Numbered from the whole stretch's first letter, positions 15,132 through 29,200 are shown. The stretch: DNA of 63,857 bases, filler included, from Collodictyon triciliatum (GCA_043381765.1; 4 parts of 4 records of this genome joined end to end with filler, not necessarily neighbours in it), one strand, 5' to 3'. The notes: generated by a model not told the origin, from the letters alone. Numbers and translations are program-made.

Positions 15132-15715
15132 CATCATGAGCTTTCAAGACCCGATACGAACTCGCGCATCGTCTTGAAGACATCCCAGGCGTATGCAATC
15201 GAGATGTTCGGGAAGGGATACTGGTCCTGCGTGAAGTCGACTGTCTCGCCGAAGCATTGCGAATCGCAACCACAACGAGGGGAAATAGAGGAAAACAGGT
15301 AATCAGTCATACATTTGACAATCCTTTTCTATGCAAAATTGGCTTTGTTGCTGAAGTTATTTCGAAAATAATAAAGAAAAAAACTTTGAACATCAGAGAG
15401 AAAAAGGAGGAATCGCGCATAGGCAAAATCGGTGCAAGAGTACACACAACATGCAGGTACAAAGTCACGTAGAAGGCCCATGCTTCATGGGCAATGAAAA
15501 GAATAACCAATCTCAAGAAAGCAGCCACACAGACTTCTGATTTACAAAGAAACTCTGCGCTTACCATAACCGCCCAAAAACATGTTGAGGCTGCGCACGG
15601 GCTCGTAATCATCCATCTCCAAATACTCTCCTATGAAGCTCTCCAAGGCGGCAACCAACTCTTCCACAAGACTGCGCGGCAGTGACTTCATGTACTGGTC
15701 CAGAGATTGCCGCAT
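15132..15715 (-). CDS. Small hypothetical protein (about 110-140 aa; 5' part may lie in the gap at 15899-16017)
   Basis: Exon MRQSLDQYMKSLPRSLVEELVAALESFIGEYLEMDDYEPVRSLNMFLGGY ends at a strong gtaagc donor; last exon DQYPFPNISIAYAWDVFKTMREFVSGLESS*. No family recognised. Confidence 0.5.
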
Positions 15716-16306
15716 TTGAACCTTTTTTTCAAAAAGTAGCAAAGAGAGAAAGAAGAAAAATTAGTTTGAAATTAAGTAATCTGCCAAGACGAAACAATCT
15801 ATGGATAACAATCTGATTCGGCAGGGGCTTTACTGTTTTTTTTGTTTTGAATTTTTGTTTTTTTTTTGTTTTTTGTTTTTTTGTTTTTTTGTTTTTTTNN
15901 NNNNNNNNNNNNNNNNNNNNNNNNNNNNNNNNNNNNNNNNNNNNNNNNNNNNNNNNNNNNNNNNNNNNNNNNNNNNNNNNNNNNNNNNNNNNNNNNNNNN
16001 NNNNNNNNNNNNNNNNNTTTTTTGGTTTTAATGAGTGTCGTGCGGGTTTGTGGGCAAGAATTGGATGAAAGGCGCTTTTGCGAATGCAGCTCAGAATGTA
16101 TCGAGTACATCATTTTTTTCCCTTTATTTGAATCAAAGTTATCAAATACATCATAATATATAATTAGCGTAAAATAGGATTCCATTTATTTATAAATACT
16201 AAAATTTATAAATTAATAATTATGAAATATAATAAATTCCATATATAGATAGAACATCAACGTCCTTGATCCAAACTGGTAAGACAACACCAACAGTTAG
16301 CAGTAA

Positions 16307-16439
16307 GAAAAAGAAAAGAAAAAGAAAAGAAAAGAAAAGAAAAAGAAAAAGAAAAAGAAAAAGAAAAAGAAAAAGAAAAAGAAAAAGAAAAAGAAAAAGA
16401 AAAAGAAAAAGAAAAAGAAAAAGAAAAAAGAAAAAAAAG
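16307..16439. repeat. (GAAAAA)n microsatellite
   Basis: Read directly; downstream of the TOP3B stop. Confidence 0.9.
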
Positions 16440-16534
16440 ATAATAGAAAAAAGAAAAGAGGAAATCACAACAACCGGAGCCCAGAGACGATGGATTTTCT
16501 TGGAGCTTGTTTATGCGGCGCCCTAACCACACAG

Positions 16535-19500
16535 CTAAAAGAATTCTCTTTCTCTCCTGCCTCTCCCTCGCCCGCGCCTTCCTCTCCCGCCACGTCTGTT
16601 TGCAGAACGGTTCCTTTGGAATCTTGGATGCTTCATCTTCCCATGCCTTTGATGGTTGCTTTCATTATCATCACGATTATCATTATGTAATAAATAAATA
16701 AACAAGAAAAGGGAGAGATAAGTCAACTTTTGGAATTATTATATTTTTTTTTCTTGCTACTTTGGGGTTGGAATGTTGTTGGGAATATGACCTGAAGTTG
16801 AGATGGCCGAACAGGTATTCATCGCAAAACAGACATCCTTCAAAGGATGTTTCTCCGCTGGGAAGAGCTCCTGTTGTCTTGTGAAATTCGATTTTTACGA
16901 TGGTGGACATACATTCCTGTAAAAGAGATGGGGTGGATTGGTATGGAAGGAACGAGCACCCTTGATATTGCGATAGTGCCTTTGAGATACAGTTTTAGAT
17001 AGACTTTCGATTATTACGATTATGATTGTGATTATTATCATTATCATTATTATTATAGCTTAAAATAAAGGAATAAAAGAATAAAACAGAAAATCGGTTA
17101 TGGAACATGATCTTCAAAAATGATATCATCAACAATATTTTTTTTGAAACCCACTTCGCAAATATCATCAGTCGTATCTATTTCTATTAGGATTAATGAG
17201 TGCATTTGAGATTAGTGATATATAACGGTTATGATTGTTTACAATAAATGTATATTAGAGGGTATATTATTAAAAAAAAACTCATCATATATATTAATGT
17301 TAATATATAAATGATGACCAAAAAAATTATTTTTTTTACTAGCAATACAGAAAATATACTGTGAATATTCGGCGGCAAAACAACCACGCAGTTACAGGTA
17401 TTGCATGAAGCACGCCACTTTGGTCCGCTTGTTGTTTCCAAACAAATGACGCCTTCGCATTCATGACACTATGGTTAAGAGACAATATGTCATGCTTGTG
17501 GGATATCGTCATGCCAATGAATATAGCACCATTTTTATGGTGCCACATGTCTTCTTTTTAAGAGCGAAAAGAAAGGAATATATATATATATATTGATGCA
17601 TCAGAACTTGTCTATGTTCTTTGCATGGTTATTCTATAATAATTTTTTTTTAAAAAAAAAAAGAGGATTATTTTCATCATTTCATAATGTTGTTAATGTT
17701 ACTGATGATACCTGACATAAAGAAGTGGAGATTTGGCTTTGACTACATGTGGGGTGTGTACATCCAAAGCAGGTCATTCCTGCAACATTCAACCTTCTTT
17801 TTTTATTTTCGATTGCTGATTTTTTATTGCAAGGTGAATGGTATTATGACATCCGATGTTGATTAGTGAGTGAAGACAGCTCTGAGTTGTGTAATAAGCT
17901 TGCCTTTTTGCTTATTCTCAAATGGAGGATTGTTATAGCAGAACGGGCAGAGTGGATAAGTTTTCCCGTCAGATCCTGTTGAAAACAGCACAAGCTCAAA
18001 GTCGTCCAAGGGGCACTTGATTTCTTTGTAAAGCTGTGTTTGTGTCATATGAGTAGATAAAAGAAATAATTATTGATACAGAGTTTATGAATGAGTCACG
18101 ATAAGATTATCGATAGGAGAAAATAATAATTAGACAAGGAATTTATCCTTCATATGGTGCATAACTACCCTCAAACTGTGATACATGTCATATTTGAAAT
18201 TTTTAGCGATGGCATAACAGTACAAAATAATTTACTAATTCAATAGAACATATACTGCTTATATCTAAAGATTAAGAAACCTTTATAGTCCCATTTTGGG
18301 GGAGGGAATATGTCTCATCACAATGAGCACAATGAAGCCTCTGAGGCCTGTGTTTAAGATTATTGAGTGGAGTCTTTGAATGGGATAAAGGAAAAATGAT
18401 TATTCAGTTGCATGCCTCGCGTATGAATGCGAGCGCCCTCATATATTAATAGTTAAGGTCAAAATACATACTTTATCATACACACATACAAATTGATACA
18501 TTTTTCCGAATAAAAATAGTGGTAATAAAAAAAAAAACAAATAAAAACGTGTCGCGATGAACGAGAAGGAAAAGAAAACCTCAAATTGACATATTTCATG
18601 AAGCGTCGGCATTTTCCGCATCGCGAGAAAGGTTTTCCGGTGGACTCAAGAGGGGAAAAAGATACCTCAAATAACTCATCCATAGACGCAATCTATAATT
18701 GGGATATCAATTCGTTATGGTTAATCGCATAATATGCGCAATTCTGAATAATCTGTGAGAAAAATGAAGGATAAATTCAAGTATCTCGATTATATAAATA
18801 TTCCAATGATTGAAGGTGTCAATTTCCTGCACAGAAAACACAGTTTGCAAGAATTTTTTTTAAAATTAATCAATAATCAACTACGACAGAGATATCTGAT
18901 TGTTTCATATTTGATGGAACGGAGGATATTAATAAGGAAAGACCTTTTGTATGAAGTAATCAAACTTTCGGCGAAAAATATCCAATGCGTGTGCGGTGAC
19001 GTCTTCGTAGGAGGCAGTACCATTTGCAATCATAGTAATGTTTTGCTCGATATTGCTTCGTATGCTGTGGGTAATTTTTTTTTTTTTATAAAATTTATTA
19101 TGTCAGAGTTGCGCTAAATGTGTGATTGTTGACAAACAATCACTTGTATTGAATAAAACAAAATAAATAACTTACGATGGTAAAACAATCTCTGGGTCTA
19201 TTTTATCTGTTAGGTGCATCGATTTTGAAATTGATTTACTTTAAAGACAATTACATATTAACATCGATATGAAGAATAAGAACAAGAAAGAGCTCTAGCA
19301 AAATGGAGGAGAAATAGGGGTGTCATACAGTATCCGTGGACCAAAACAATCCCAAGTGTTGTGGGAACAAGAGTTCTACTTGGACCTGCAACCTATATCA
19401 CAAATTTGGCATGTGTATCAGCTTTTCCTCCTTAAAAAGCATTAAATGATGAAAGCGTGAAAATGGAGAAGAGACATTTATATGATGTTTGATAATATGA

Positions 19501-21707
19501 AATTCATTTGATTTGTTCTGTTTATCACGGTGAAAAAGTTTGTATACTTGACAATAGTTTCTCTCGCATATGTTGTTAATGTGAACAGGGATACTGGCAT
19601 CTGTTCCAATTCCATATTCTTCCATCTTGAGGTATTTTATTCAACAATTCATGCAAAATGTTATTGAAATACAGCGGTCGATTTATTTATACATATATGT
19701 ATGTAAAAGCTTAACCTTGGAAATTAATTCGGACTCTGTGAGGTATCCTGGAGGCGTCGTTTTATCCATCTTCAACTATTTAAATAATAAAACAATTGTG
19801 TTATTAGTCGTGGTTTTTTTTTTGTCTGCATATAATGACGGGTATAGCTCAATATTTGAAAATAATAATTAATTTGGTGTGCACTTTGAGGTCGGTCACT
19901 TCGATGGAATCTCCTTCAACAAATGTTGGGATCCAATCATCTTTCATCCCCGAATTGGGCAGGAGTGCAGTAAATCCAGGGGATAGAATACGCTTTCCTT
20001 TTCATAAACAAAATGCGGGAGATAGAGAAAGAGAGATTTTGTGATAATGACACAGCTACGAAGGGTGTTGAAAGGCATTATACACACCTTCGCAAATGAA
20101 TATTTCTGAGCCTATCGAGAACGTTATTTTCGTCTTAATGTAGCGACAATCAGGGCTGAATATTTCAGTTTGAGAGTGATTAGCACATGTTAGTCATCAT
20201 GTTAATGGGAGAAAAAACCTGACAGTAGCGATAAAATGCCTAGTAATTAAGTCATAGAGCCTGTAGGTATCTCCTCCACCGAGTGATGTCTCTGTTGCCA
20301 TTCTCATGGGAGTGCTTCCCATTTATTTATTTATTTTGGTTAGTAACGTAATTGAGTAATGAAATATTACACTTTGATTAAAAGGAAAAGGAGAAGAAAA
20401 AAGAAAAGTGTCCGCAATCTGGATGTATCATCTTCTATGTTTAGCCATACATCGGTGGATGATCGCCTACATTATATATTAAACCTTAAAACGATAAAGT
20501 GAAAACTCTAATTATTATTTGACATTGTTTCCTGCGCATGTAATCTAATCATAAATGTTGACAACGTTCTAGACTGTTTGTGTATAGTGAACCTGCGTCA
20601 TGTCCTTGTTTGGCAGTATTTAATCCTCGTTTAACCAACTCATCCACGTAATTTCCCCTAGAGTGATTTTAAGTTACAGATGAAAACATGAAAACATGAA
20701 AACATGAAAACATGAAAACATGAAAACATGAAAACATGAAAACATGAAAACATGAAAACATGAAAACATGAAAACATGAAAACAAATAAATGAATAACGA
20801 AGAAAAAAACCCCACGAAATGCGTAATATGATAAATATTGCGGTACTTGATGGATTCATTTCCATAACTCACCAAAATGCAACTGATAAATATCTTTTGT
20901 GTAATTTTATTACTGTTGATAAGGATAAACATACCACACAGGATGCGATTTGTGTTCACTCAAGGAGGCATGCAGGTCAAAAGAGGAGGGGTACTGCGTG
21001 CTTTCAGTTCTAGGATAGCTGATGTAACCTTGGATATATCTAGATTGAATTTTTAATCTGGTAAGAAACCGGCATAAATTAAAAGAGGTAAAAGAAAGAA
21101 AATAACCAAACTTAATTAATCTTTTCAACAGCAAGACCAAATATAAGCTGGCAAAGTGAGAACATTAATTTCCCAACTGAACATCATATTGAAAGGAAGG
21201 ATAAATCTGAGTAAACATGAAATTTTCATGAAAATAGGGCAGCCGAAAATTTCAACCAATAATACATCATAATTTCCTTCTGATCATTCTTGAATCGAAT
21301 AAAGGAAAGAATGTCAATCTAATCATAAAATTACAATCTTTCAGCAATATTCATTGTATGATGAGGGCTCATTCCTAACACGGTAGATGCCTTTTTCAAC
21401 ATTTCCACGGTATTCAATGGTGTAGGACGAGGAAATCGGGCTTCTTTCTCAGAGATGAGTGTGACCCTAAAAACAACATATCATCATGTGTGATTAGTTT
21501 TGAAAAAAATGTTAATTTTTGATACGCATACATAAAAAAAAATCATTTTAACTGTATCAAACAACCTGGCAAGTTTCTCTTTCTCTAAAATGTGCTCAAA
21601 AGCAAGGGCAATATCGCGGTCGAAAATGATCCCTCTGTCCCAATGGAGATTAATAAAGGCTCCTTCTCTTTGGATTACAGGTTTCTGATGCAGGTAAAGC
21701 GTTTTTA

Positions 21708-21759
<52 letters not shown>

Positions 21760-24484
21760 TGATTAATAGAGAGAATATCTATCAAATGATAGAAATAGAG
21801 GCTGGCTTCGCGGGAATCCCCGATTTTTATGCTTAATTTATTTTTCTTTATCAAGTGAAAAATTGGTTGGATATATATACGATTTTTAAATCTCTCATTG
21901 AAACTAAAGTACTTTGATTTTGAATTAAAATACAATTGATTGGTTTAATGGACCATGTCGTTAAGAATTTTTTTAAAAAAATTGAAGGGAGAGCGATACG
22001 AAATGATTTGAATACGCACCAAATACCAAAAGTTTTCTGGCTCAAATCTCTGAATCAGGTCGTGCCTAGTTGGACGTGTTCATAGATATGTAATTTGGAA
22101 AATAAATGCTCTTTGTTAAGGCATGTATAGTGTGATGCACGGTTTCTAGATTGAAAACATCTTCAAAAAAATGAAAGATATCGATAAAATACCGTTCCAC
22201 ACAGAACCCGAGTCTTTGCGACATTTTTTTTTTATCATATGCATAAATGAAGGATAAAATTATGGTAATATTCAGTTGGGCAGATTGAATAACAACCCAT
22301 GACAGATTGGTGGTATGGCCTCAGAGGCTGGACAAGAGTATTGTAATTTTAAAGAGAAAGGATTCACTAACGTAGGTGTTTGGCAAGGGCCAAATGAAAT
22401 CAATGTCGAATCCAAGTTTCCATATTTCCCTTGAAAGTATCTTGTTTGAAATCTGGTAAACGCTACACCAACCTATGGTAAATGTCAAAACTCTCATATA
22501 AGAATTGTATTGTTTGTCATCCCTAGTTATATATATTCCAAAAAAAAATATAGATGTTACAGATTCAGTAAACAACTACGATATTTTATTTCATAAAGTA
22601 TAGAGAAAATATTCAATTATGGTTTTTTCTTTAAAAAAAAAAAAGTAATTTAATACCTTCAAGTCCAAAATTTGTCGTGCATCGACAGCCAGTGCTTCAT
22701 TTTTATTTGGGGTCGTTAAGTTGCTCATCGCATGTAAAATGTCGGACCTACTGATTGCTGTTAAATATATGTACCCCGTAAATATATCAATAGATGATTT
22801 GCGCTTAAGATTCGGTATATTTAATTTAAAAGATTTTTTTGGAAAGAAATAAAATATAAAACCACAAAAAGTTGACTGGAACTTATATCAAGCATTCACA
22901 GAAACGACATTGAGCACATATTTGGATTATTATTATTACTATTATTATTATTTAGAAAAGCAGCCTATATTATAAACCATTCATGTGTTTTAAGCACCAG
23001 AGAACTTGGCCCTGAAAATCTGCTGGCCTCGAGCTTTATTCATCCATCTTTGCGTGTTTTCTATGACCTCAAAGCAAATATTCTCTCCCTCGCGATCACA
23101 ATCGAGCCAAAGTACAAGATAATCTACATCGTTTGCCTCTACTTGGAGGTGTTTGCATATGCGAGACTATGAAATAATCGAATGACAAAATGTCATTATG
23201 TATGAACTCCAAACAACATAATTAGCCGATTAAAAAGAGCGCAAGCAAGATAATATTTGGAAGATGAGAAAACCTTTGGGTTGGCCTCTGTTTTTATAGT
23301 CATCGCTTGGAAAAGATCAACAGGGTCTGTCGTCTCCCAACTTTGAAAATCTGCTGTAAAATCAGTGCTGCAAGAATGAAATGGAATCAATAAAATTTAC
23401 ACTATATTAGAATTATATAGAAAGCTGACATATTCCTTTCTCTTTTTTTTTTTTTACATCACAGGAATGAATAATAAAATCTCTATATAATTGCAGCCAT
23501 ATGGATCCACAAAAAACTCATATTAGTGGCAATAACAATAATAATAACAATAACAATACCAATAAAGATAAAGATAAAGATAAAGATAAAGATAAAGATA
23601 AAAATAACAATAGCAATAAAATAACAATAAAATAACAATAAAATAACAATAAAATAACAATAAAATAACAATAAAATAACAATAAAATAACAATAAAATA
23701 ACAATAAAAATAACAATAACAATACCATTAGCAATAAATATGATAATGATAATGATAATGAAAACGATAGTGTCCTAATCAAATAGCCAGCGCCATTAAG
23801 ATATGAGTCCTCTAGACTTCAAGTACCCATAAACGTGGCCAGCAACCGATGTGACCTTGAACTGAGCAGCAGAACCTTGGAATACACCTCGAAACTCATG
23901 AACAGAGCATACCGGAGATATTCCTCTGCGGCTGTGGCTCTGCAATTATATATATACAGGTAACTTCGATAAGCGATGTACACATGATACAAAATAAATA
24001 AATAAATTTATATTTATAAATATTTTTTTTTAAGAAATAAGAATGAATAGCTTTGTGATGTAACAGATGTAGAAATGAGTACATAAACTTTGATAAAGGA
24101 TCGTATCATAAAACAACATGAATATAGCGTGGAAGAATGAAGAAAATGATGAAAAAATTGAAGATTATCTAGAGTTAAGACAAAGATAAAGGCAAAAAAA
24201 AAAAAAACATTAATGAAACGAAACACAATAAAAAAAGAAGAAAAGAGCTAGCACAATGATTAAAGTTGAGTAAATTCAAGAGAATATGTTTTTACAGCCG
24301 AAGAATAGAGGGAAGGAGGATCAGGTTTCGGTCGGCCTAGAAAGTGCGTATAGGCAGGCAGCCGACTTATAGGGAAAGTAGGCAAAGACGATGCAGCGAT
24401 TCTCACTTGCCCATCCGAAAGAATCTCAGCCAGGCTTTGTGCTATGGACGGTTTCTCGGCAACCATCAACACCACCAGACTCAT
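16535..24484 (-). CDS. TOP3B: DNA/RNA topoisomerase III beta (type IA), about 25 exons
   Basis: TOPRIM start [49 protein letters not shown]; catalytic [40 protein letters not shown]-terminal Cys-rich zinc ribbons ([17 protein letters not shown]...[16 protein letters not shown]) and an RGG tail. Confidence 0.97.
20680..20784. repeat. (ATGAAAAC)n octamer tandem repeat, about 13 copies, in a TOP3B intron
   Basis: Perfect tandem copies read directly. Confidence 0.95.
23530..23765. repeat. Compound microsatellite (AAAGAT)n / (AATAACAATAA)n in a TOP3B intron
   Basis: Read directly. Confidence 0.9.
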
Positions 24485-25209
24485 CTCGTTGCCTTTCGAA
24501 AGTCTTTGTCCACAGAAAGGCTTTGTCAGCAGCACAAGTATTTGTTGCGGTGGGTTTGGAATCGCTCAAAAATGAGACTCGTTTTTCCCCCCTCTTTTTC
24601 TTCCTCTCTTGCTTTTTTTTTCTTCTTGTTTTATTATCAGTTATACTTTTTTCTTCTTCTTTTTAGTCGAAAAAGAAGGAAGGAAACGAGAGATACTTGC
24701 AGCATTTGAAGTGTGCTAAGGGTGCCACTTAGACTCAGGGAAAAAAACAACAACACTATCTCATAGATGTATACAAGGGATGTAAAAGGCATTGGTGGTA
24801 AAAATGGAGTTTATGGAGTATGTGCCTTGAGGAAATACATGTCTATTATCTCTTCTTTCTTTTTTTCTTTATCTCTCTCTGTCTGTCTCTCCCATATCCT
24901 CTTTTTCTTTTTATGTTCTTATTTATTTATTTTTGATAATGCGATTGGGGTAGGCAAACCATTTAATAAAACGTTTGTTGATAGAGTCTTTGCGATACAA
25001 GGCATCAAACGATTTAAAAGTATAGAGCAAAAATAACAGCGTGGCAAAGAATTCTCACAGTCAGCCTCCCCCGCTTCGAGTTTTGCGACTTGGAGTTGTG
25101 GCAGGCTTTGGGGAATGAGGGGTTTGCTGTGTGCCTGTGTGTGGGGTCTGCGTTTTTTGCTCGGGCTTCCGCATGTGTATTGGCGGAAGTCCCTTTGCCG
25201 AGTTCTGTG

Positions 25210-25709
25210 ATGTGGGGTGTGATGCTGTTTGGTGCGGTGATGTCATGGAGCTCGGCTGGACCACAAAGGAGGGGGCGGCACTTCGAGGCGGTGGCGCGTG
25301 AGTCGGGGCAAAAGCCAGTGAGCCCAGCGGATGTGTTGGAAAGGATGGGAGTGCAGGCGGGAAGTCCAGGGGAGATATGTTTGCCGCTAAGAGATGAGCG
25401 GGTGTCACAGATGGTGTATTTTGTGTGTTTAGCATATGTCTGCTTGTTTATCGTTTTCATCATTCTCATTCTCCTTATATCTCAATAATTCTCTTCGTGA
25501 TTGTCATCAGTTTCGGTTTCATTTCTATCATTTGTATCATTTGTGCCTTTTCTAGTTATGCATGTGGAGTTCATACGAAGGTCAGTGTTGACTTCGGGGC
25601 ACTGAAGCGATGTGGGGCCGCCGTTTGGGTCAAAATGCCGAGCGGTGCGGTTTTTCACTATCTCTCGGACACATTCTGGAATGAAATGAAATGCATCGTC
25701 GTCTTCTTG
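25210..25709 (+). CDS. 5' fragment of a hypothetical, possibly secreted or membrane protein, truncated at the scaffold end
   Basis: Hydrophobic start MWGVMLFGAVMSWSSA, GC-rich exon to about 25415, then a phase-compatible exon YACGVHTKVSVDFGALKRCGAAVWVKMPSGAVFHYLSDTFW. The true start is uncertain. Confidence 0.35.
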
Positions 25710-25833
25710 GTACCGGTCATAAATATATGAATGTATTGGTTGGTGGGCGGATTCCTGTGACATAATGTAAATTGGAAAAGTAACGTCAGGTAATAGCCGA
25801 GGTGACAGATGGGTTGCATTCTCTTTCAGCTAA

Positions 25834-26029
25834 AGAAGAAGAAGAAGAAGAAGAAGAAGAAGAAGAAGAAGAAGAAGAAGAAGAAGAAGAAGAAGAAGAA
25901 GAAGAAGAAGAAGAAGAAGAAGAAGAAGANNNNNNNNNNNNNNNNNNNNNNNNNNNNNNNNNNNNNNNNNNNNTTAATTAATTAANNNNNNNNNNNNNNN
26001 NNNNNNNNNNNNNNNNNNNNNNNNNNNNN

Positions 26030-26122
<93 letters not shown>
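25834..26122. other. Artificial scaffold spacer (25930-26029) flanked by (GAA)n and (AAT)n microsatellites
   Basis: 44 N + TTAATTAATTAA + 44 N; the 12-mer places stops in all six frames. Confidence 0.95.
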
Positions 26123-26123
<1 letters not shown>

Positions 26124-26298
26124 TTACGTTATAAAAGAAGGAAAAGAAAGAAGTTAGCATACGACGCCAAACGAAAAGAACAAAAAGGAACAAAAAAAAG
26201 AGCAAAAAAAGAGCAAAAAAAGAGCAAAAAAAGAGCAAAAAAGAGCAAAAATGTAATGAAAACAACAATCGCCCTGCCTAAGAGAAACGTCGACCAGA

Positions 26299-29200
26299 AT
26301 GGGTGTCTATGATGCTGTCCTGACCAAATCTTCCCGTCCCGCCTTTCTCTCCTCATTCTTGCTCTTCGTCGCCACCGCCACCGCCACCTGTTCTGCCTTC
26401 GATTATGCCGTGGTTGTTTCTGACTCGACCGCGCTTTTATCCGATCTTTCCTGCGGGCCTCCGGTTTCTCTCAACAAAGCCTCCATGAGCCAACAGGTAC
26501 ATATTCACACACATGACATCCAAAGCCCCAAAAGGCTTTGACCTCTCCCTTTCTAGTCAACCTTTTCTCCTATGGAAGTTACTGAAAAAAAGAAAAACAC
26601 CCTGACTGCGAAGGTTAAAAAGCGTGATGGGTGTTCACACTCCAACATTCTGGAATTCAGCACTCAGTCTCTGACCATCAACCTCGCTACCGACTTTGAA
26701 AGAAAGGTGAATATGTCTAGTCACAACACATATCGTCGTGCACACGAAACATGAATAGTTACATTTACTGATAAAGCTCTCTTGTATAAGAAGCGTTTTC
26801 AGAAACAAACAATATAAATATATATATATTCAATTCCCCAGGTTCTGGATGGCTACGTTGATCTTTACGCCACCGCAACCAAAGAAGGCCTTGCTGAAAT
26901 TATCCTTGACACCCGTCAACTTACCATTGCCCAATGCTCGATGGTTTCCCCATACTCGGCCGATTTACAGGTAGCATACTTTCATTATTTCCTCCACCCT
27001 TAATTCCATAGCATGGTTTCATTATATCGGATTCGGTTCACCACGTCATATAACCCAATCAGTTCATATGCTCCTCATTTGAGCTTTAACTGTTTTGTCG
27101 CTCCAAACTCTTTATTCATTTTTTAATATACATTGCTATACAGTTCGTAGTGGAAGCTGAAACCGCACTAGGCTCCGCCCTTAGAATCAAGCTCTCTGAA
27201 CCACTATCTTCAGGTTAGACTTCATTCATATACTTACGTGTATTTTCCTTGAACAGCTCGTTCATAGATATTATTTAACGATAAAGGTATCCAATTTGTT
27301 CTTCGTGTTGTGTATGAAACAAGTCCTGAAGGCTCAGCACTTCAATGGCTCGATACTCAGTAAGTATATATGCACACCTCTAATATCACAAAAAAAATCT
27401 AGCAGTCCTTTCAGAACACTTAAAATATTAGTAATTATATGTTTATTGATGAGCTAGGAGTTGATTTGGTTTTTTTTTTTTGACTCTATTAACTCATTGA
27501 CAGGCAAACAGCAGACAAGAAGCATCCCTTCCTTTTTACTCAATGCCAAGCAATCCATGCTCGAAGTCTAGTTCCATGCCAGGTTTTCTCTTTTGATTAG
27601 CTTTTGATTATGTCTTTTTATTCCTTGGCTATAAAATTCATTTCCTTATAAATCAGTGAACTATAATGTACATCTTTATCTGTATGGCCTATGTAGCTTC
27701 GGCAACAAACTTGATACATATGAAAAATATCATAATATAAATAAATTCAATTTTGAATTATTGCGTTTCTTTTTCTTTTTCTTTTTCTTTTTCTTTTTCT
27801 TTTTCTTTTCTTTTCTTTTCTTTCTTGTTCCTATATTTATTCGTATTTAGGACTCTCCCTCGATTAAAGTATCATACAAGGCGAATGTCACAGTCCCTAA
27901 TCCGTTGGTTGCCTTGATGTCAGCCCTTGCAGATGGAAGCAGCGAGAATGGTGATGCAAATACGCACACCTACAGCTTCAGTCAACCCATTCCGATTCCT
28001 GTGAGTATATGTAATGCCTTTTGATATAAGAAATAATAAATGCCATTTTTTGGCTATAAAATGATTAACAAACACTAATAAAATAAAATAAAATAAAATA
28101 TATAATAATCAATTCATTTAGACTTATCTGATAGCCTTGGTTGTCGGGCATCTTGAAAGCCGTACTTTGAGTCCTCGTTCCAAAGTTTGGGCGGAGCCTT
28201 CAGTGGTACACGATCTAGTCTTCTTCATTTGACTAAGATATACATTTCGCACCTTTAAAATATATTTTCTTCACTCGCTGTGAACTCTATCCTTGTGTCT
28301 GGTTATGGATTGACAACAAGTCCACTAATATTGCGAACTCGATCTAATTGAACCAATCCAAAGGTTGAGCAAGCAGCCGATGAGTTCCAGGATACCGAGA
28401 AATTTATTCAGGCCGGAGAATCGCTATTAGGTCCTTACGAATGGACCCAATACGACATTCTTGTTTTGCCACCTTCGTTCCCGTATGGAGGAATGGAGGT
28501 TCATTTTGTCATTTTATTATTAGTTTACATTGGTTTGTCTTGCCTTTTACGTTTGAATTACCCACTTCAACCCGTAATTTGAATTCACATACGAGTCTAC
28601 GACAAATATTTTATAAATATATCAGCATAACCTTTGCATTTTTTTAAATAGAACCCTTGCTTGACATTTGTCACGCCTTCTTTACTCGCTGGAGATAGGT
28701 AACTGTGGACCAATAGCTCATTACAATATATAATAGAGTGAATAAGACTGTCAAAATATGTGTAGCTTTTATGAAACTCTAAAACTGAGTGAACATTGAT
28801 TGATTCTTCTTTGCTCTGATTGTTCTCGTCTCTAGATCTCTTGTCGACGTGATTGCCCATGAAATCACTCACAGGTATTATTAACAATACCTCATCTGAT
28901 TGTGAATTAGTCTTGTAGAGTCAGAAAGGAAATTCATTCACCAGAATGATTCACAATTATTATTTTTTTTTAAAAAAAATCCAAATAAATGTAGCTGGAC
29001 TGGAAATCTTGTGACCAACAGCATCTGGGACCACTTCTGGCTAAATGAGGTTAGATGGCTAGACCATTTGTTGAAGAGAACCATATTTTATTCGATGGCC
29101 TCAATCAATAATATGGCGTTTAAAAAACTACTCGTTATAGGGATTCACCATGTTCGTTGAACGTAAAATTCATGGTTCGTCCCCAACATTCAATCTTTTT

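Noticed and set aside
16220..16532. Poly-KR, FL or FS ORFs
   Set aside because: Translations of the (GAAAAA)n microsatellite.
20680..20784. Regular repeat that might suggest a CRISPR array or telomeric seed
   Set aside because: A perfect 8-nt tandem with no spacers inside an intron; a simple microsatellite.
25974..25985. TTAATTAATTAA palindrome occurring three times
   Set aside because: Always centred in 44+44 N; a synthetic linker.
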